Positions 39,432 through 52,694 of a stretch of DNA of 64,000 nt are shown here, piece by piece; position 1 is the stretch's first letter; the number at the start of each line of letters is the position of its first letter. The notes under the pieces are model-generated. The model was not told the DNA's origin, did no database searches, and was given only the letters and a program-made list of their open reading frames with translations. The DNA comes from Eledone cirrhosa (Eukaryota), in assembly GCA_964016885.1 (NCBI GenBank), contig OZ024740.1, positions 171,926,001-171,990,000 of the forward strand, in the 5' to 3' direction. The translations under genes were made by a program, and so were the position numbers.

Positions 39432-41215
39432 TATGGTTACGACTTTTTGTAACCTTGTGTTCCTGTGTCATAAATCGATGAAGTTTTGTTTAAAAGTAAA
39501 TGTTGAAAAGCATTAATTTGTTTTAGTTCTTGAAAATTCGATATTAAAAAATTAAAATATTTCAGAAGCTTTATTTTTCAATTTGTTAAAGACGTAATTA
39601 GATAGTACTTATCTATTTTTAACGCATTTAACAGTTTATAGCTATAGCATAACATACAAACTTAGAAGCAAGTAACAATTACAAACTTGGATATACAATT
39701 AGAAACTTACATCTACGAGTAAGGATAGCTGTATAAAGAAAAAGGTGTGAAATATTTAGCATAATTATAGCATAGTATATAATTATTGTTTTCTTAGACA
39801 AAAATCTCAGCTGAACTTTCTCTTTCTTTCTATAGACATCATAAAGATCCTGAAGGCACCTAATTGTCCGTTCTTCGCACTGATTTGTTCTGGGAATTTT
39901 GAGTCTCGATGGTTCTGAATTCCAAAACTTTTTTACTGAGTTTAATGCTTTTTGTGAGCCTTTAACTTGCTACATAACTTCTGATAATCATCTGCATTGT
40001 AGATTTGGTCAGTAAACCAATGCTCGCCTATCTGTAAGAGATAAATCTACAAATCTCGAGTAACAAGTCTCTTTTCTCTGGTAGAAGAATAAAAGCCAAA
40101 AGAGCTTGTATTGCTCTACAATTCCATTTTACGTTACTCAAGTCAGGTATTTTTTTGAAACTTCATTTTAGGAAATCTTCCAGTTTCTTCGAAAAAGCGG
40201 AAAACTCGAGTTAAATGAAAAAGAAATTTCATATCATCAAGCCATCTTGCTGTTTCAATAATCTCTTCTTTACCATTCTTGAAATTCTTCTTCAGCTGTT
40301 CGTAGTTATTTACAAGTTATTTCACGGATAAACGGATAATCGATATTGGGCGATGTCTTCTTTCCTCCAAGTGAAGCACTCTGTCAAGAATATGATATTG
40401 ACAGACAATGAATTGTGGTTCTTCCAATTTCTTTTGAGCAAATAGTCTCTGTAACTGAACGACAACCACACTCCTGCTCCCAGTGTTCACATTTGTAGTG
40501 TCTGCAACAATTATTATTATGCTCTTCCATAAATTGTATTTATCCAGAACAGCCTTTGACAACAGTATACGCTTTTCCATTTGGTAGACCTAATGCTTCT
40601 AACTTAACTTCTCTTCTTTCATTCTTCAAAGCGAGCACTTGCTATTCTTGGCCATCAATTCGTTTACCATTAAAATGCATTGACCAATTTTCTAAGTGTA
40701 GTGCTTTCTTCATTTCTTCTTTAAGTTTAACAGCTTCTTTGATACTAGATCTGTAATTACCAGAATGGGGAGGTGTCTCAACATCAATCCCTTCTTAAGA
40801 TAACTGCTGACAAACATTTGAGTCTTTTCTGGTTAATAAGTTTGAAGATGTTACTAATTTAGTTTTGCTATACTTCTTTCGTTTTCTTGTAAATTGTTCT
40901 CTAGTACTTTCGGACTCTTCATATTCACTCTCTCCTTGGGTCTCTGATTTGGAAGTTGAACATGTTGTTGTTGTTACTGTTGTAGTTTGCTCCAAATCAC
41001 TTTTCTTCTTTTGGATGGATGAATAGTTTTGGACTCGCAGTCTTTCCAGTTGTATATCCAAGATGACATTTCCTTTCGATCTGAAGATTATATAAATGTC
41101 TGTCCTCACTACACAGCCATTCACCATGCACATCATAAATTTTCATTAAGCTCTCGAAGGGTGCAAAATGGTCTAGGGAGTCCTAGAAGGCTTCAGAAAG
41201 TCATAGTACTACTAT
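39432..41215 (-). mobile_element. Decayed DDE DNA transposon (hAT/hATm-like)
   Basis: Minus-strand fragments WSMHFNGK, VADTTNVNTG, CQYHILD. Weak inverted similarity between 39432-39456 and 41188-41212. Confidence 0.55.
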
Positions 41216-41282
41216 ACTTATATACGATTTTAGAAATTTCGTGTTGAGGGTGACAATTCTTTTTAAATAAACAAAATTAAAC

Positions 41283-41410
<128 letters not shown>

Positions 41411-41712
41411 AAATTGGTAGAGACCGCTCAGACTGATGTGATTGATGCGGCCAATGAACAGCTTTAACCCTTTTGTTACCATATTTCTAATGAAATATAA
41501 TGAACCTGAATTAATATGTGAAGCAGTTGAGCTGATGCTGATAGTAAGGATATAAAAGCCTTCTATGAAATCATAAAAGAGGATTATGGCCCTCGGCAAT
41601 GCGCATCCTCACTGGTATTAGCATCGGACAGATCTACATTGCTAACAGAAGAATGTTTAAGGATTTACTAAACTTATTGATTATTTCTTTACTAAGATGT
41701 TATTTAAATAAT

Positions 41713-41867
41713 TGTTTTTACTTTTGGCACAAGGCCAGTAATTACCCAGTGTATTACTGGTACTTTATTTTATCGACCCCGTAAGGATGAAAGGCAAAGT
41801 TAACCTCAGCGGGATTTGAACTCAGAATGGCAAGGGCCGTAACTCAATGCGTCAAAGCATGGCGTCC
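41713..41867 (-). mobile_element. Truncated Nin-domain SINE with a 19-bp TSD
   Basis: AAGATGTTATTTAAATAAT at 41694-41712 and 41868-41886. Confidence 0.8.
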
Positions 41868-41899
41868 AAGATGTTATTTAAATAATATTATGTTGAAAG

Positions 41900-44150
41900 A
41901 TTTTAAGCAACATATTCTGCTTCACTTGGAGCTCTTGGTCTGCCAAAGCGTAAACATCAAAATTGTTTCAATGCAAATAATACAGAAATACAGTCATTAA
42001 TTGAAAAAATACACCACTCTCATAAACTATTGATTGCCAACAAAACATCTTCAGCGAAAAAGAAATATTGAACTGTAAACAAACTATTCAACTGACCTTG
42101 AGGAAAATGAAAGACAAGTGATTGTCATAAAAAGCAGCTGAGCTTCAAACTAATGCTGATATTAAGGATATTAAAGCCTTCTATGAAAGCATAAAAGAGG
42201 TTTATAGCCCTCGGTAACGTGCATCTCACTGGTATTAGGATCGGATATATCTACTTTGCTAACAGAAAAATGTGATATTCTTAACCGCTAGAAAGAACAC
42301 TTTGAAACCGTTTTAAATTCTCCATCTGTTGTAAATCATGATGCCATCGACTCAATTTCTTTAAGATTGGAAATCCGTGAATTAGACTTTGACCCAACAT
42401 ATACTGAAGTCAAAACAGCTATAAAACAAAAGGTATCAGGTAAATAGTCTGGTGATAATGCAATCCCAACTGAGGTGTACAAATATGGAGGTGGTGTATT
42501 TATGCAGAAGCATTTGGATTTGTTCATTTTGACTTGGAATAATGATCAGGTTTCTCAGAAATTTAAAGATTCATTTACCACCCACATTTTTAAAGGAAAA
42601 AGGATAAAAAGCATTATGTGGCAAACATCGGGGTATATCACTGTTTTCTGTGGTGAACAAGATCCTTGCTCGAGTTGTTCTCAACAGAATAACTCAGCTG
42701 GTAGATCATGTTTATCCTGAATCCCAGTGTAGCTTCGGGGCTGGGAGAGGAACAATAGATATGATATATTGCTTGCGGTAGGTTGCAGAGAAAGTACGGG
42801 AGAAGAACGGAAGAATGTGTGGATTTAACAACGGCTTTTGACTCCGCCTATCGCGATGATTTATGGTCAGTGCTGAAGAAAATTGGAATTCGTAATAAGA
42901 TGCTCAGAGTTCATAACATCCTTCTATGAAAACATGCAAGCTTCTGTTATGTATGTCAAATGACACTCCATCAAATCCATTTCGTGTAAAGTAAATGGGT
43001 CAAAGCAGGAGTGCGTAATAGCCTTTATTTTGTTTGCTATTTACTTTTCTCTGAGGCTAGAGTATGCTTTCAAAGACTATAATAATGGTGTTTTGTTTGA
43101 ATTTAGAACATCAGATGGGCTCTTCAACTACCAAAACGTTAATGAGAAGATCCTTACTACAACGAAATCTTAATGCTTCCGGGAAGCACAAGAAGTTAAG
43201 CTAGTTTTCCTCTGCTGCAAAAGCATTTGGCTTAACAATAACTGTGAAAAAGACAGAAGTCATATACCAACCAAAACAGACACCTATTCAAAGAATAGGC
43301 ATAACACTACATACACCCCTATACAGTGTACCATCACGTCAAATCCTAGTGGATAACAGGCCTATAAATTATATAAAGTATTTCATATACTTAGGAAGTA
43401 AAATCAATTCTAGCGCTTCCCTAAACAATGAACTTGTAAATAGAATCACCAAGGCTAGGGATGTCTTTAGAAACCAGCGAGCAAGGGTATGGAATGAGGA
43501 AGAATTGAGTTTGAAAATCAAAATCTCAGTTTACCATTCAGTTGTCGTCTCAACATTGCTGTATTGGTCTGAATTGTGAACACCATATAGTAGAAAACAC
43601 AGCTAGATACATTCCACAAGAGATGTCTTAGAAATATCTGTTGATTCACATTGAAGGGCAAAGTCTCTAATGGTCAGTTGTTTCATAAATGTGATATACA
43701 AAGCATAGAGTCCTTCATAAGAAAGTCTCAATTAAGATGGGCTAGCCATGGTGCTAGGATGAATGATGAAAGACTGCCAAAAATTAAAACTTACGGCCAG
43801 CTTCAAGCGGGAGTTCGAAACATAGAAGACCTCTTCTTCGATACAAAGTTAAGCTGAACAATAATACCAAATATATTGGAACATAACCATCAAAATGTGA
43901 GGAATGTGCTGTTAACCCTAATAGGTGGAGGAAATTCTGTCAAAATGGCATCAGGAGCCATGTCAACAGAAGGATTGAGCATCTAGCTGACCTAAGGCAA
44001 GATAAGAGAAATACAGTTTCTGTTTAAAGATTTGTGTGTGAAGGATGCAGTCTGGTTTGCAAAACCAAAGCAGGTTTAGTTCCTCGCAGAAGACACAAAG
44101 TAGTAATATTTGTTGGCCATCATACGTCGAACACAACAAAAGAGTCCATC
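41900..44150 (+). mobile_element. Old degenerate RTE LINE (RT plus 3' end); a related piece lies at 41520-41650
   Basis: Fragments KKTEVIYQP, YLGSKI, QLRWASH, CEGCSLVCKTKAGL. Ends in (ATGT)n. Confidence 0.8.
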
Positions 44151-44176
44151 ATGTATGTATGTATGTATGTATGTAT

Positions 44177-44784
44177 GTCAGGTCACCAGTTGGTGCTACT
44201 GGTAACATGTATCCCAGTACAACCTGTCTCATGGTCGGGTCGTTGGCGACTAAACTGGCAACCCCACCAAGGTTTCTTGGTGAGGAGGGTGACTTTGGAC
44301 ATCCTGCAGGACTAAAAACAAAACCTGTCAAAGGGCAACGGAGCTCTTAAGAGTCAATAGCCATCCAAAATCACCGGGAGAGATGATCCCTTAGCCTTTG
44401 TCAAGGCAGAATTCTAGGAGAAGGAAAACTCTGATGTAACACCTGCAACCCTGATGGTATCCAATGATGTTGACTTGTTCTTCTTTTTGGTAAATATCAT
44501 CTTGGTTAAGAGAGTGGGACTGGCTTTGTGCAGTGCCTTTGCTCACTATAAAAGCTTCACAGCACAGGCATTGCTTTATATCTGGAGATCTCTCTGCACT
44601 TGTCATCACATGGTACCATGGGCCCTGCACTATGTGTCAATAATGGTCACAAGTGTAGCCTTTGTACCAGAGTTTTCAAGTCGCTGGCTGGACTAAAAAG
44701 TCACACTTGTTCAGCGCATCGGTAGGGGTTCTCCTATATGGATATAAAGTAGTGGCCGTACTCGAAAACGAGTTGGCAGCCACC
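44177..44784 (+). mobile_element. Bipartite non-autonomous RTE derivative, copy 2
   Basis: Near-identical to 28926-29533, inserted in the (ATGT)n tail of the old RTE. Confidence 0.8.
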
Positions 44785-44979
44785 ATGTATGTATGTATGT
44801 ATGTATGTATGTATGTATGTATGTATGTATGTATGTATGTATGTATGTATTTATGTATGTATGTATGTTCAGGATATGTTACAGGTTTATGTGGCTGGCC
44901 GTAGCCTAATAGTGCACCATTTTCTGTAATCTGACAAGCGATTCCAATACTCTTAGCAGAGTTTGCAGCCATCATGTAT

Positions 44980-47167
44980 GTTCTTCTGGTTTTATAATTT
45001 CACAGCGAGACTGTCCCCCTGAAATATACCCATGCAATATTTTATTTTATCAGTGAAAATAGAGTCCTCCCTCTCTGTCTTTAACCTTAGGATAGTAGCC
45101 CGAGAAGAAGACAGTCTCTCTATGGCTTTGACAATAATGTCTGGGACTTTAGCAAGTTGGAGGGTCTCTATCATCCAAGAGTGGGGAAAAGAATCGAAAG
45201 CTTTCTTGTAGTCCAGCCAGACTGTAGCCATATTCCTCCTAAGTTGTTGCACCTCCGACATCGCAGTTTTGTTGATTAGGAGTTGTTCAGCACATACCCA
45301 AACCCCTTTCTTTCCAGCTCCTTGTTCATCTGTGATGATGTTATTATTTTCACAGTGATCTTGGAGGAATAAGTTCAGGCAGGCTGTATACATCCTATAC
45401 ATCAGGTTCTGGCATGCAATGGGTCGGTAGTTTTTTGCCAAGTGGGTGTCTTTGCTCTTGGGGACCAGTAATGTTTGTGCTAATGTCAACCATTCTGGTA
45501 TAAGTGTATCTTCCTTAAGAACTTGTTGGTAGAGGTCAGTAAGATACCTCCGATAGAATATCAGTTTTTTGTACCAATAGCCGACAATCATGTCTCTTCC
45601 TGGTGTTTTCTTATCTTGGAGTTTTCCTATCACAGTCTTAAGGGTACCCTCACTTATTTCGTATGTTTTTGTTGCAATAGTTCTTTTGGATTTCTCTTAA
45701 CCACACTGCATCTTGGTTGAAATTCTTCTTTTCACCCATATTTTGCTCCAAAAGGAATCTATGTCTTTCTGGGATGGAGCCGCAGTGACATTTATTATTT
45801 TGCCCTTCATATCTCTATAGATTGATGTTTGGTTTCGTCTGAATCTTTTATTAAGCACTTTTCTCTCATCTACCTTCTTCAGGTATCGGCGTTTTTCACT
45901 AACAGCTCTCAATTCTTGTTTGAAGGTGATCAGCTTATATTGAAGAGTCCTGGTTCTACTGTTACCACACATCGTCTTTATTTTATTTTACACTCTTTGT
46001 TGGTGAGGAGTGAGGTTTTTTTGTGTTCGTTTGCATGTAAGGAGCATTGTCACATATCCTATGTTTTTTCGTAGGTCAGCAATCTTTTTTTCTATTTTAG
46101 TTATATATGATGGTATTTTTGGTGGTGTTTTGTTCTTGTTAATATCTCTGCTATCACCAAGATAATGCTTCACTGACGTTGCTAAGGCATATAAACAGGC
46201 GTTGATTTGCCAAAATGTTGGGGTTTTTATCCGTCATAAATATTAATTCCCAATTTCGTCAATAACACGTAATATTTCATTATTTGCTTTTTTTTTTTTT
46301 ATTAAACATTGTCGTTTTAATACGTTCAGCAAGAGAGATATTTATACATGAATTAATTTCTCTCTGGAAGATTTCGTTGAGGGAAATTTTCAATTGTTTA
46401 TACTTTTGATTATTATCATTATCGATAGTATTTTCCACAACAGTCTAGGTAGACTCGGATGGTACACGTGGTGTCAAATTTCTTCGATTATTATTATTAT
46501 CGATAGTGTTTTCCCCAGCATTCGAGATAGACTTAGATGGTACAGGTGGTGTCAAGTTTCTTACAGGTATAGTTGTTTCAAGGCACTGTTCGACCTGGCT
46601 GCTAGGAAGTCTAGTAGCATGGCGACCTGTAGCACGTGTTGTTGATCCCATGTTTGTTGTGGGGGACTTATAATTAATAATATTTATCTTATTTTTACGT
46701 TCAACAAACGTCGCTTGTTGGCGTAATTGTTTCGCTATGAAATAATTTAGCTCTGGGTGCATTTAGGCAATGGAGGGATTGTTTTTTGCCATTTTATAAC
46801 AATTAAATAAATCATTATTAAGTTCGCAACTCCAAGAGAAATGCGATTTATAATTTCGGTTTCTTCTGTAGCTACAGCTGAATAAAGTTTGTTTACCTTC
46901 CATGTTATTTGTCTTCGGTACTTCCTTAATGTTGTTGTTGATGTTGTGTTCAGCCATGCTGTTTGTAGCAAATCCTTGTAAAATGAATTATGTACTTAGT
47001 CGGATATCTCTACGAATTCGAATAAAATGTGTCTTCAGAAGATATAGTTAGAAGAATAACCAGTTATTCAACATGACTGTAGTTGTGGCATTACTGTCGG
47101 AGATAGTATTCATCTTAATTTTAATAAATAGTCTCCCACGCCAAAATATGCGACTGATCGCGTTGAC
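44980..47167 (-). mobile_element. R4/Dong-clade RLE LINE with an internal deletion
   Basis: FSWSCELNNDLFNCY N-terminus. RT 44992-45633 (NYRPIAC, WLDYKKAFDS, GIFQGDSL). Flanked by TATG on both sides. Confidence 0.8.
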
Positions 47168-47199
47168 TGTATGTATGTATGTATGTATGTATGCATACG

Positions 47200-48210
47200 A
47201 GAAAGTAAAGCAGTTAGTTACATATCCAATGACATAAATAATCACAGGTATAAATCTAAAGTTATATTTCAGGTGGAGTGTTAGAAGATTTCTCATTAGT
47301 TCGGCATGTTTTCTTTTTCCATGAATCTTTAATATTATGTTAATATCTACTGGTCAGTATATTTACACTACTGCACATTCTTTCTTTTCTTTGACTCAGT
47401 TCGTTATCTCTAGTCTCAGGTATGGACAACATTCCAATGATGTTTTTCATATTATGAGTCATTATGATCTTTATGTTACTTTAACTTCTTATATTTTTTC
47501 TTCGGGACTATTCTTCCTACAGATTGCATTGTACAGGGTATTCCAAAAGTATATGTCACATTACGACACTTTATATCTTAGTAACTATTGAAGATATTAA
47601 ATCACAATTTATATTTCCTGAAAGGTAATATTTTCAAGTTTCTGTACAAAAAATTTAAACGCAAAAGTGAAAGAAATTAATTTGTTATTAAACTTTATTT
47701 AGATGTATTCAATGTGCACGCCGAGGGTTACATGGCACATCCAAACGGTAATCCATTCCTTCCCAAACGCTACCTAGCACAACGTTATCAATGGTTGCCA
47801 AGGCTTCAATTATTCGAGTTTCCACGTCATCCACATCTCTGGGAAGGGGAGGTACGTACACCAGGCTTTTTACATACCCCAGAGGAAGAAGTCACATGGC
47901 TTGAGGTCTGGAGACCTAGGGGCCATCGTAGGAGCATGTGATCAGTTCGTCTGGAACGTCCGATCCATCTGTCAGAAAACTTGACTATTTTATCTTTTAA
48001 ATGGTACCAGTTTCATCTGGATACCATTGGTAGTTCATGATATATGAGTTCTTAGAATGTGGCATATACTTTTGGAACCCCCTGTATAATATTTTGGTCA
48101 TGACAAGCTTCCTTACACGTAGTTAACATCCCGATACTGCTTTAGCGCAGCTGTTTATGATGGGGGTCACATTAGTGTTCAATTTACCAAGTCTGTATCG
48201 ATAGTCCCAT
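47200..48210 (-). mobile_element. Decayed R4-type RLE C-terminus, interrupted by a Tc1/mariner element
   Basis: Remnants YRLGK...IINSC (CCHC-like) and ELMRNL...YNFRFIPVII..IG. Confidence 0.55.
47534..48084 (-). mobile_element. Internally deleted Tc1/mariner element
   Basis: TA TSDs. 29-bp TIRs CAGGG..TTCCAAAAGTATATG.CACATT. Internal WPPRSPDLKPCDFFLWG. Confidence 0.9.
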
Positions 48211-48799
48211 TTTCTTTTTCTTTCTTCCTCTCTCTTTCCTTCTTTGCCTTTCTTTTGTTCTTTTTTTCTTCTTTTTCCTCCATCCTTAAATTCTTTTACA
48301 CCAGACTTCCGAAAAAACAAATAAAAAAAATAAAAAAATAACGTCTGAGGAAGGAACAGTGCGAGGTGGGGTAGCTGTTGGAGCGGGTATCGTTGGCCAT
48401 TGTCCATGGAAATGCTTTTGCGGTCTTGTTCGCGGGGTGCAACTAGAACACAGCCACAACCTAGGCCCAGAGACCATCACACTCCTCCTTCCCCCTCCCA
48501 TCATTCTATGACACCGGAGCCCTTGCCTCTCCCTTCCTATTTCGTTTTAAAATATTTGTAGGGATTCATGAAATTAGTATGAACTTTGACATTGCAGCTA
48601 AATGTTAATGACATTGATGTTTGAGCTCCCTACGGGTCCATGGGGTGGCCAACGCGTGGGCCCCCATTTGCTCATAATAGTGAGAGATGGGGAGAGCGGG
48701 AGAAATGGAGGCAGTGACAGTGGGAGTTTTGTTCTTTTGTGTTCGGACTTGGTGTATATGTATATATTTCACGGACATACACTCACGCATAAAATCTCC

Positions 48800-49150
48800 G
48801 TGCCAACCTGCCCTGCTATGCCCACGATCTTTTCTTCTCAGCCAGTCCGCCACTCTGAAGAAGAATGACTGAGGCGTCCGTCACATCTCAATGGACAACG
48901 TCTTCCGACGACTTGCAGCCAAGGTAGGTTACAAATCAGTCAAAGATGTCCTGGCGAGGAGTTAAGCCGTCCTGCTTGGAGTAGGAGTCAAGTGTGAATG
49001 TGAGGTGGCAGCTCATGCGGCCAGACACTTTATAGAGCACATGCTTCCTTTGTCACCCCACCCCCTAGTGAACCTGAACATGAGGAACACTTTCAACTGC
49101 ATTAGACGGGATCATGTCTTAGAGACGTGTCTTAGATGAAGCCCAACAAT
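48800..49150 (+). pseudogene. CRE-clade-like RT fragment
   Basis: LKKND*GVRHISMDNVFRRLAAKV...LGVGVKCECEVAAHAAR...LNMRNTFNCIRRD. Confidence 0.6.
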
Positions 49151-50519
49151 ATTTCTTCTTGCTCACCTCTCGTACGGAACACCCAGCATTCTCATGGCCG
49201 CCAATGTGGCTCGCCAGAGAAGACTGCTGAACATATACTAAGTGAGTTCCCGGATCTCCACCCACCTAAGAATATAGACCTCACACACCCTAATCCCACT
49301 ACAATGAGCTGGTTACAATGCCGGGGGGGGGGGGGGCATCATATGTCTCATACGCAAGCACTTTTAGATTATCAGCACCATGATGGGAATTTTGACCTCT
49401 CATTAACCCCAGGCATGTACAAAAGAAAGCATAGATCGATAAATATATCAGTAAACCGAACATAAACAATAAAGACTAATTATATATATAGCAGAAACTT
49501 GTATGAGCAAATTGTATTTTATTTGATTATTTTATAAATTTTCATTTCTTATACAAATGTCAGGTTTGGAGTTCAAAACCTCACTCAAGCTCCTCAAGAG
49601 TGCCATCGACTCTTGGGTCAATATCGAGTACTTTAACAACCCTTGTTATGTCGTCTTTCAAAATACTAGAAATAGCAGCCAAATTCCCATTAAACCACAG
49701 TTTACCTTCTTTAAAATGCAAGGACACATTGGATAATGTAGTCTTGAACACTGTCGGAAAATAAGTTGGATGAACATGGACAAAACGTTTTGATGATAAA
49801 CCTGATTAATCAAAAATGACTTTTATTCTTTCCTTTCAAATCAATAACATTGGTAGTCTATAACGGTTGGTAGATACTTTTCATTACGAAAGCGTGGAAT
49901 ATATCCGTATTTAGGGTGTATATGTATCCTTGTATCATTGACTCAGTGCACCTGTACATATGTGTGTGTTCGTGTGTGCGTATGTGTGTGTAAATGTGTG
50001 TGTGTTTGAGAGTCTGGCTATATGCATATATGTATGCGGTAGACCCAATCGATCGCTTAGCTTATCATCCTTACTTGGTACTTAGGTGTATTTAACAGAG
50101 CCCACTCTGTTACAAACATTTGAACCAAGTCTCCCGGATACAGGAGAGGAGACCTTCTCGAAGATCAAAGGTCTTACCCTTCTCTTCTGACTAAACGAAA
50201 TAATATATATGCATACATGTACATATAAACATGTGAGGTTACCTTTCTTATCGTAATGGATCTACTTGTTTGTCACGAAGAATGCTACTTTATCTGAGTA
50301 TGTGACCTTGTACATTGTAATATAAGTATTATGCACATGTGTCTGTATGTGCGTATGTGCGAACTAATATACAATCTGACCGAGTTTACACTCGCAAATA
50401 AGAACTAGGGCCGCCCCTAAGAGTATTGGATTTAGTGTACTTCATATTTGTTTCGGTTGCTGAATACCATCAGGGTTCGCTGCTTCTCCTGAAGTTCAAT
50501 AGTTATCTTCTAATTCGAG

Positions 50520-50800
50520 CAGTGGCGCCTTTCCATTGTCAATTTGCATTGATCATCTGCAAAGCCGCATTGTTCTCAGAACCACTACACCAGTCTTTCG
50601 ATGCGTGCAGCTTGAACTACTGCCACCCGTTGATTTGGCAGAATTTTTGTTTTTGTTTTTAGATGGCCGTTGACTGTTATGAGTTCTTCCACCCTTTGTC
50701 CGGTTTTGTTTTTTGTCCTGAGGGTGTCCAAAATCACCCTCTTCAGCAAGTAAACTTGGTGGGGTTGCCGGTTTAGTCGCCGACAAAATATACAAGGGTC
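50520..50800 (-). mobile_element. Diverged relative of the 28926/44177 element's 5' region
   Basis: Minus strand reads GGCGACTAAACCGGCAACCCCACC...GAGGGTGATTTTGGACAC...CAAAGGG, collinear with 28995-29118. Confidence 0.65.
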
Positions 50801-51422
50801 GGATGAAAACTTCATAGACTATGAAAGAGCTATAGAATATTGCATGCATTAGCTTCAACTCTTATTATTAATAACTGCATTGTTTCTTTCCGGGGACTCT
50901 GTTGAAGAATAAACCTCATTTAGACATTCCATGAGTGTATCTTGGTCAGCCTGCACATATAGGCATATAGCAGAATTCTTTTTCAATGTGCGTTTAGGAA
51001 AACCATAGTGTATGTGAAGGGCTTTATATAAGTGCCGTAGTAAATGCTAAATGTTTATGTGATGTGTGCTTCTGTGAGTATAAGTATGCGTGTGTTGAAT
51101 TATATGTTGTTGAAGGGTCTTCTCTGCAGAATCACAACCACAAACCTCACGCATGCGGCCGAAAGAAACCGAGTAACGACGAAGTAACTTAACTGGCTGC
51201 TTTCCAATAAAGATATATATGTATATACATCTGTACATGGGGGAGGGGTAAGTCGATTAAATGGACCATAGTGCATTACTGGTGCTTTATTTTATCGACC
51301 CCGTAAGGATGACAGGCAAAGCTAACCTCGACGGGATTTAAATACAGAGTGTAAAGGGTGACAACTCTATGCTGCAAAGCATGGTGTCCGACGCTCTACC
51401 AATACTATCAAGCCACCGCATG

Positions 51423-51495
<73 letters not shown>

Positions 51496-51661
51496 GGGAA
51501 GAAGACGCACGAGGTGACGGAGGTCATGAAATCGCTCCCGTAAGTTTTGAATTTTTAACATATTTAAATCATTTGTGAAATAACAACTCTTAGTACAAAT
51601 GCTACGTAAAGCACCCGGCTTGAGCCCCAAAAAAATTCGGACCCAAAATATATTGTTATAA

Positions 51662-52301
51662 GGCTCAAATATTCAAATATTCAACTTTGTATTGTACACT
51701 GTATATCCAAAAAAAAATGGCTATAAATGGAAGAAGAAGAACCCCCTCCCCTCCCCTCCTCTGGCTACACTATATAGGACAGCTAAACTCACCAACACCA
51801 GAAACTAGATACACCACCCACCCCATCATCTGTGTACACTAAACACAACAGCATTTTCACCTTCACCGCCACCGCTCACTACGGCCATCATTACCACCAC
51901 TATCCCATCACCGCCGCCACCACCCCTTGACTCCTTCACTGCTGCTGCCACCGCTACAGCACCATCACTACAGTAATACGGCTCAAATATTCAAATATTC
52001 AACTTTGTATTGTACACTGTATATCCAAAAAAAAATAAAATGGCTATAAATGGAAGAAGAAGAACCCCCCCCCTCCTCTCCTCTGGCTACACTATATAGG
52101 ACAGCGAAACTCACCAACACCAGAAACTAGATACACCACCCACCCCATCATCTGTGTACACTAAACACAACAGCATTTTCACCTTCACCGCCACCGCTCA
52201 CTACGGCCATCATTACCACCACTATCCCATCACCGCCGCCACCACCCCTTGACTCCTTCACTGCTGCTGCCACCGCTACAGCACCATCACTACAGTAATA
52301 C
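51662..52301. repeat. Tandem duplication of a ~320-bp unit
   Basis: 51662-51979 is repeated at 51980-52301 with few differences. Confidence 0.9.
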
Positions 52302-52694
52302 GGTCGCATCACCGCCACCACTGCCTCGGTACCGACATCACCACCACCACTGTCTCAGTATCGCCAACGCCGCCAGTCTCTGCTGGCTACCACTTCCACA
52401 TTATAGAATTCCTACTACTAACAAAGAGGAAGGCATCAAAATATATAGATAGACTCAAAAGAAAAAAGAAAAAACAAACAACAAAAGCAGCACAGCAACA
52501 ACAGTAAAAAACGAGAAAAACAGAGAAAAACCAAAACAAAAAAAGAAAACCCAAAAACGTAAAGAAAATAAGAATGAAGAGAGAAGCAGGCGGACGGACA
52601 GAGAAGAGGGGGGAAAAAGTAAAACTTAAAAAACAAAAACTAAGTCAGACATTCGAATACTACATTACAATGAAACTTATGCTTATTCATTTTT

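Noticed and set aside
46405-46560. ~80-bp tandem duplication in the R4 N-terminal region
   Set aside because: An ordinary diverged repeat in a variable linker with no further signal.
47004-47045. Possible hammerhead on the minus strand: ATATCTT-CTGAAGA...GAATTCGTA-GAGATAT
   Set aside because: A 7-bp stem I and CUGAAGA are present, but stem II cannot pair and GAAA is GAAU. There is no equivalent in the other R4 UTR. Worth rechecking only against a family consensus.
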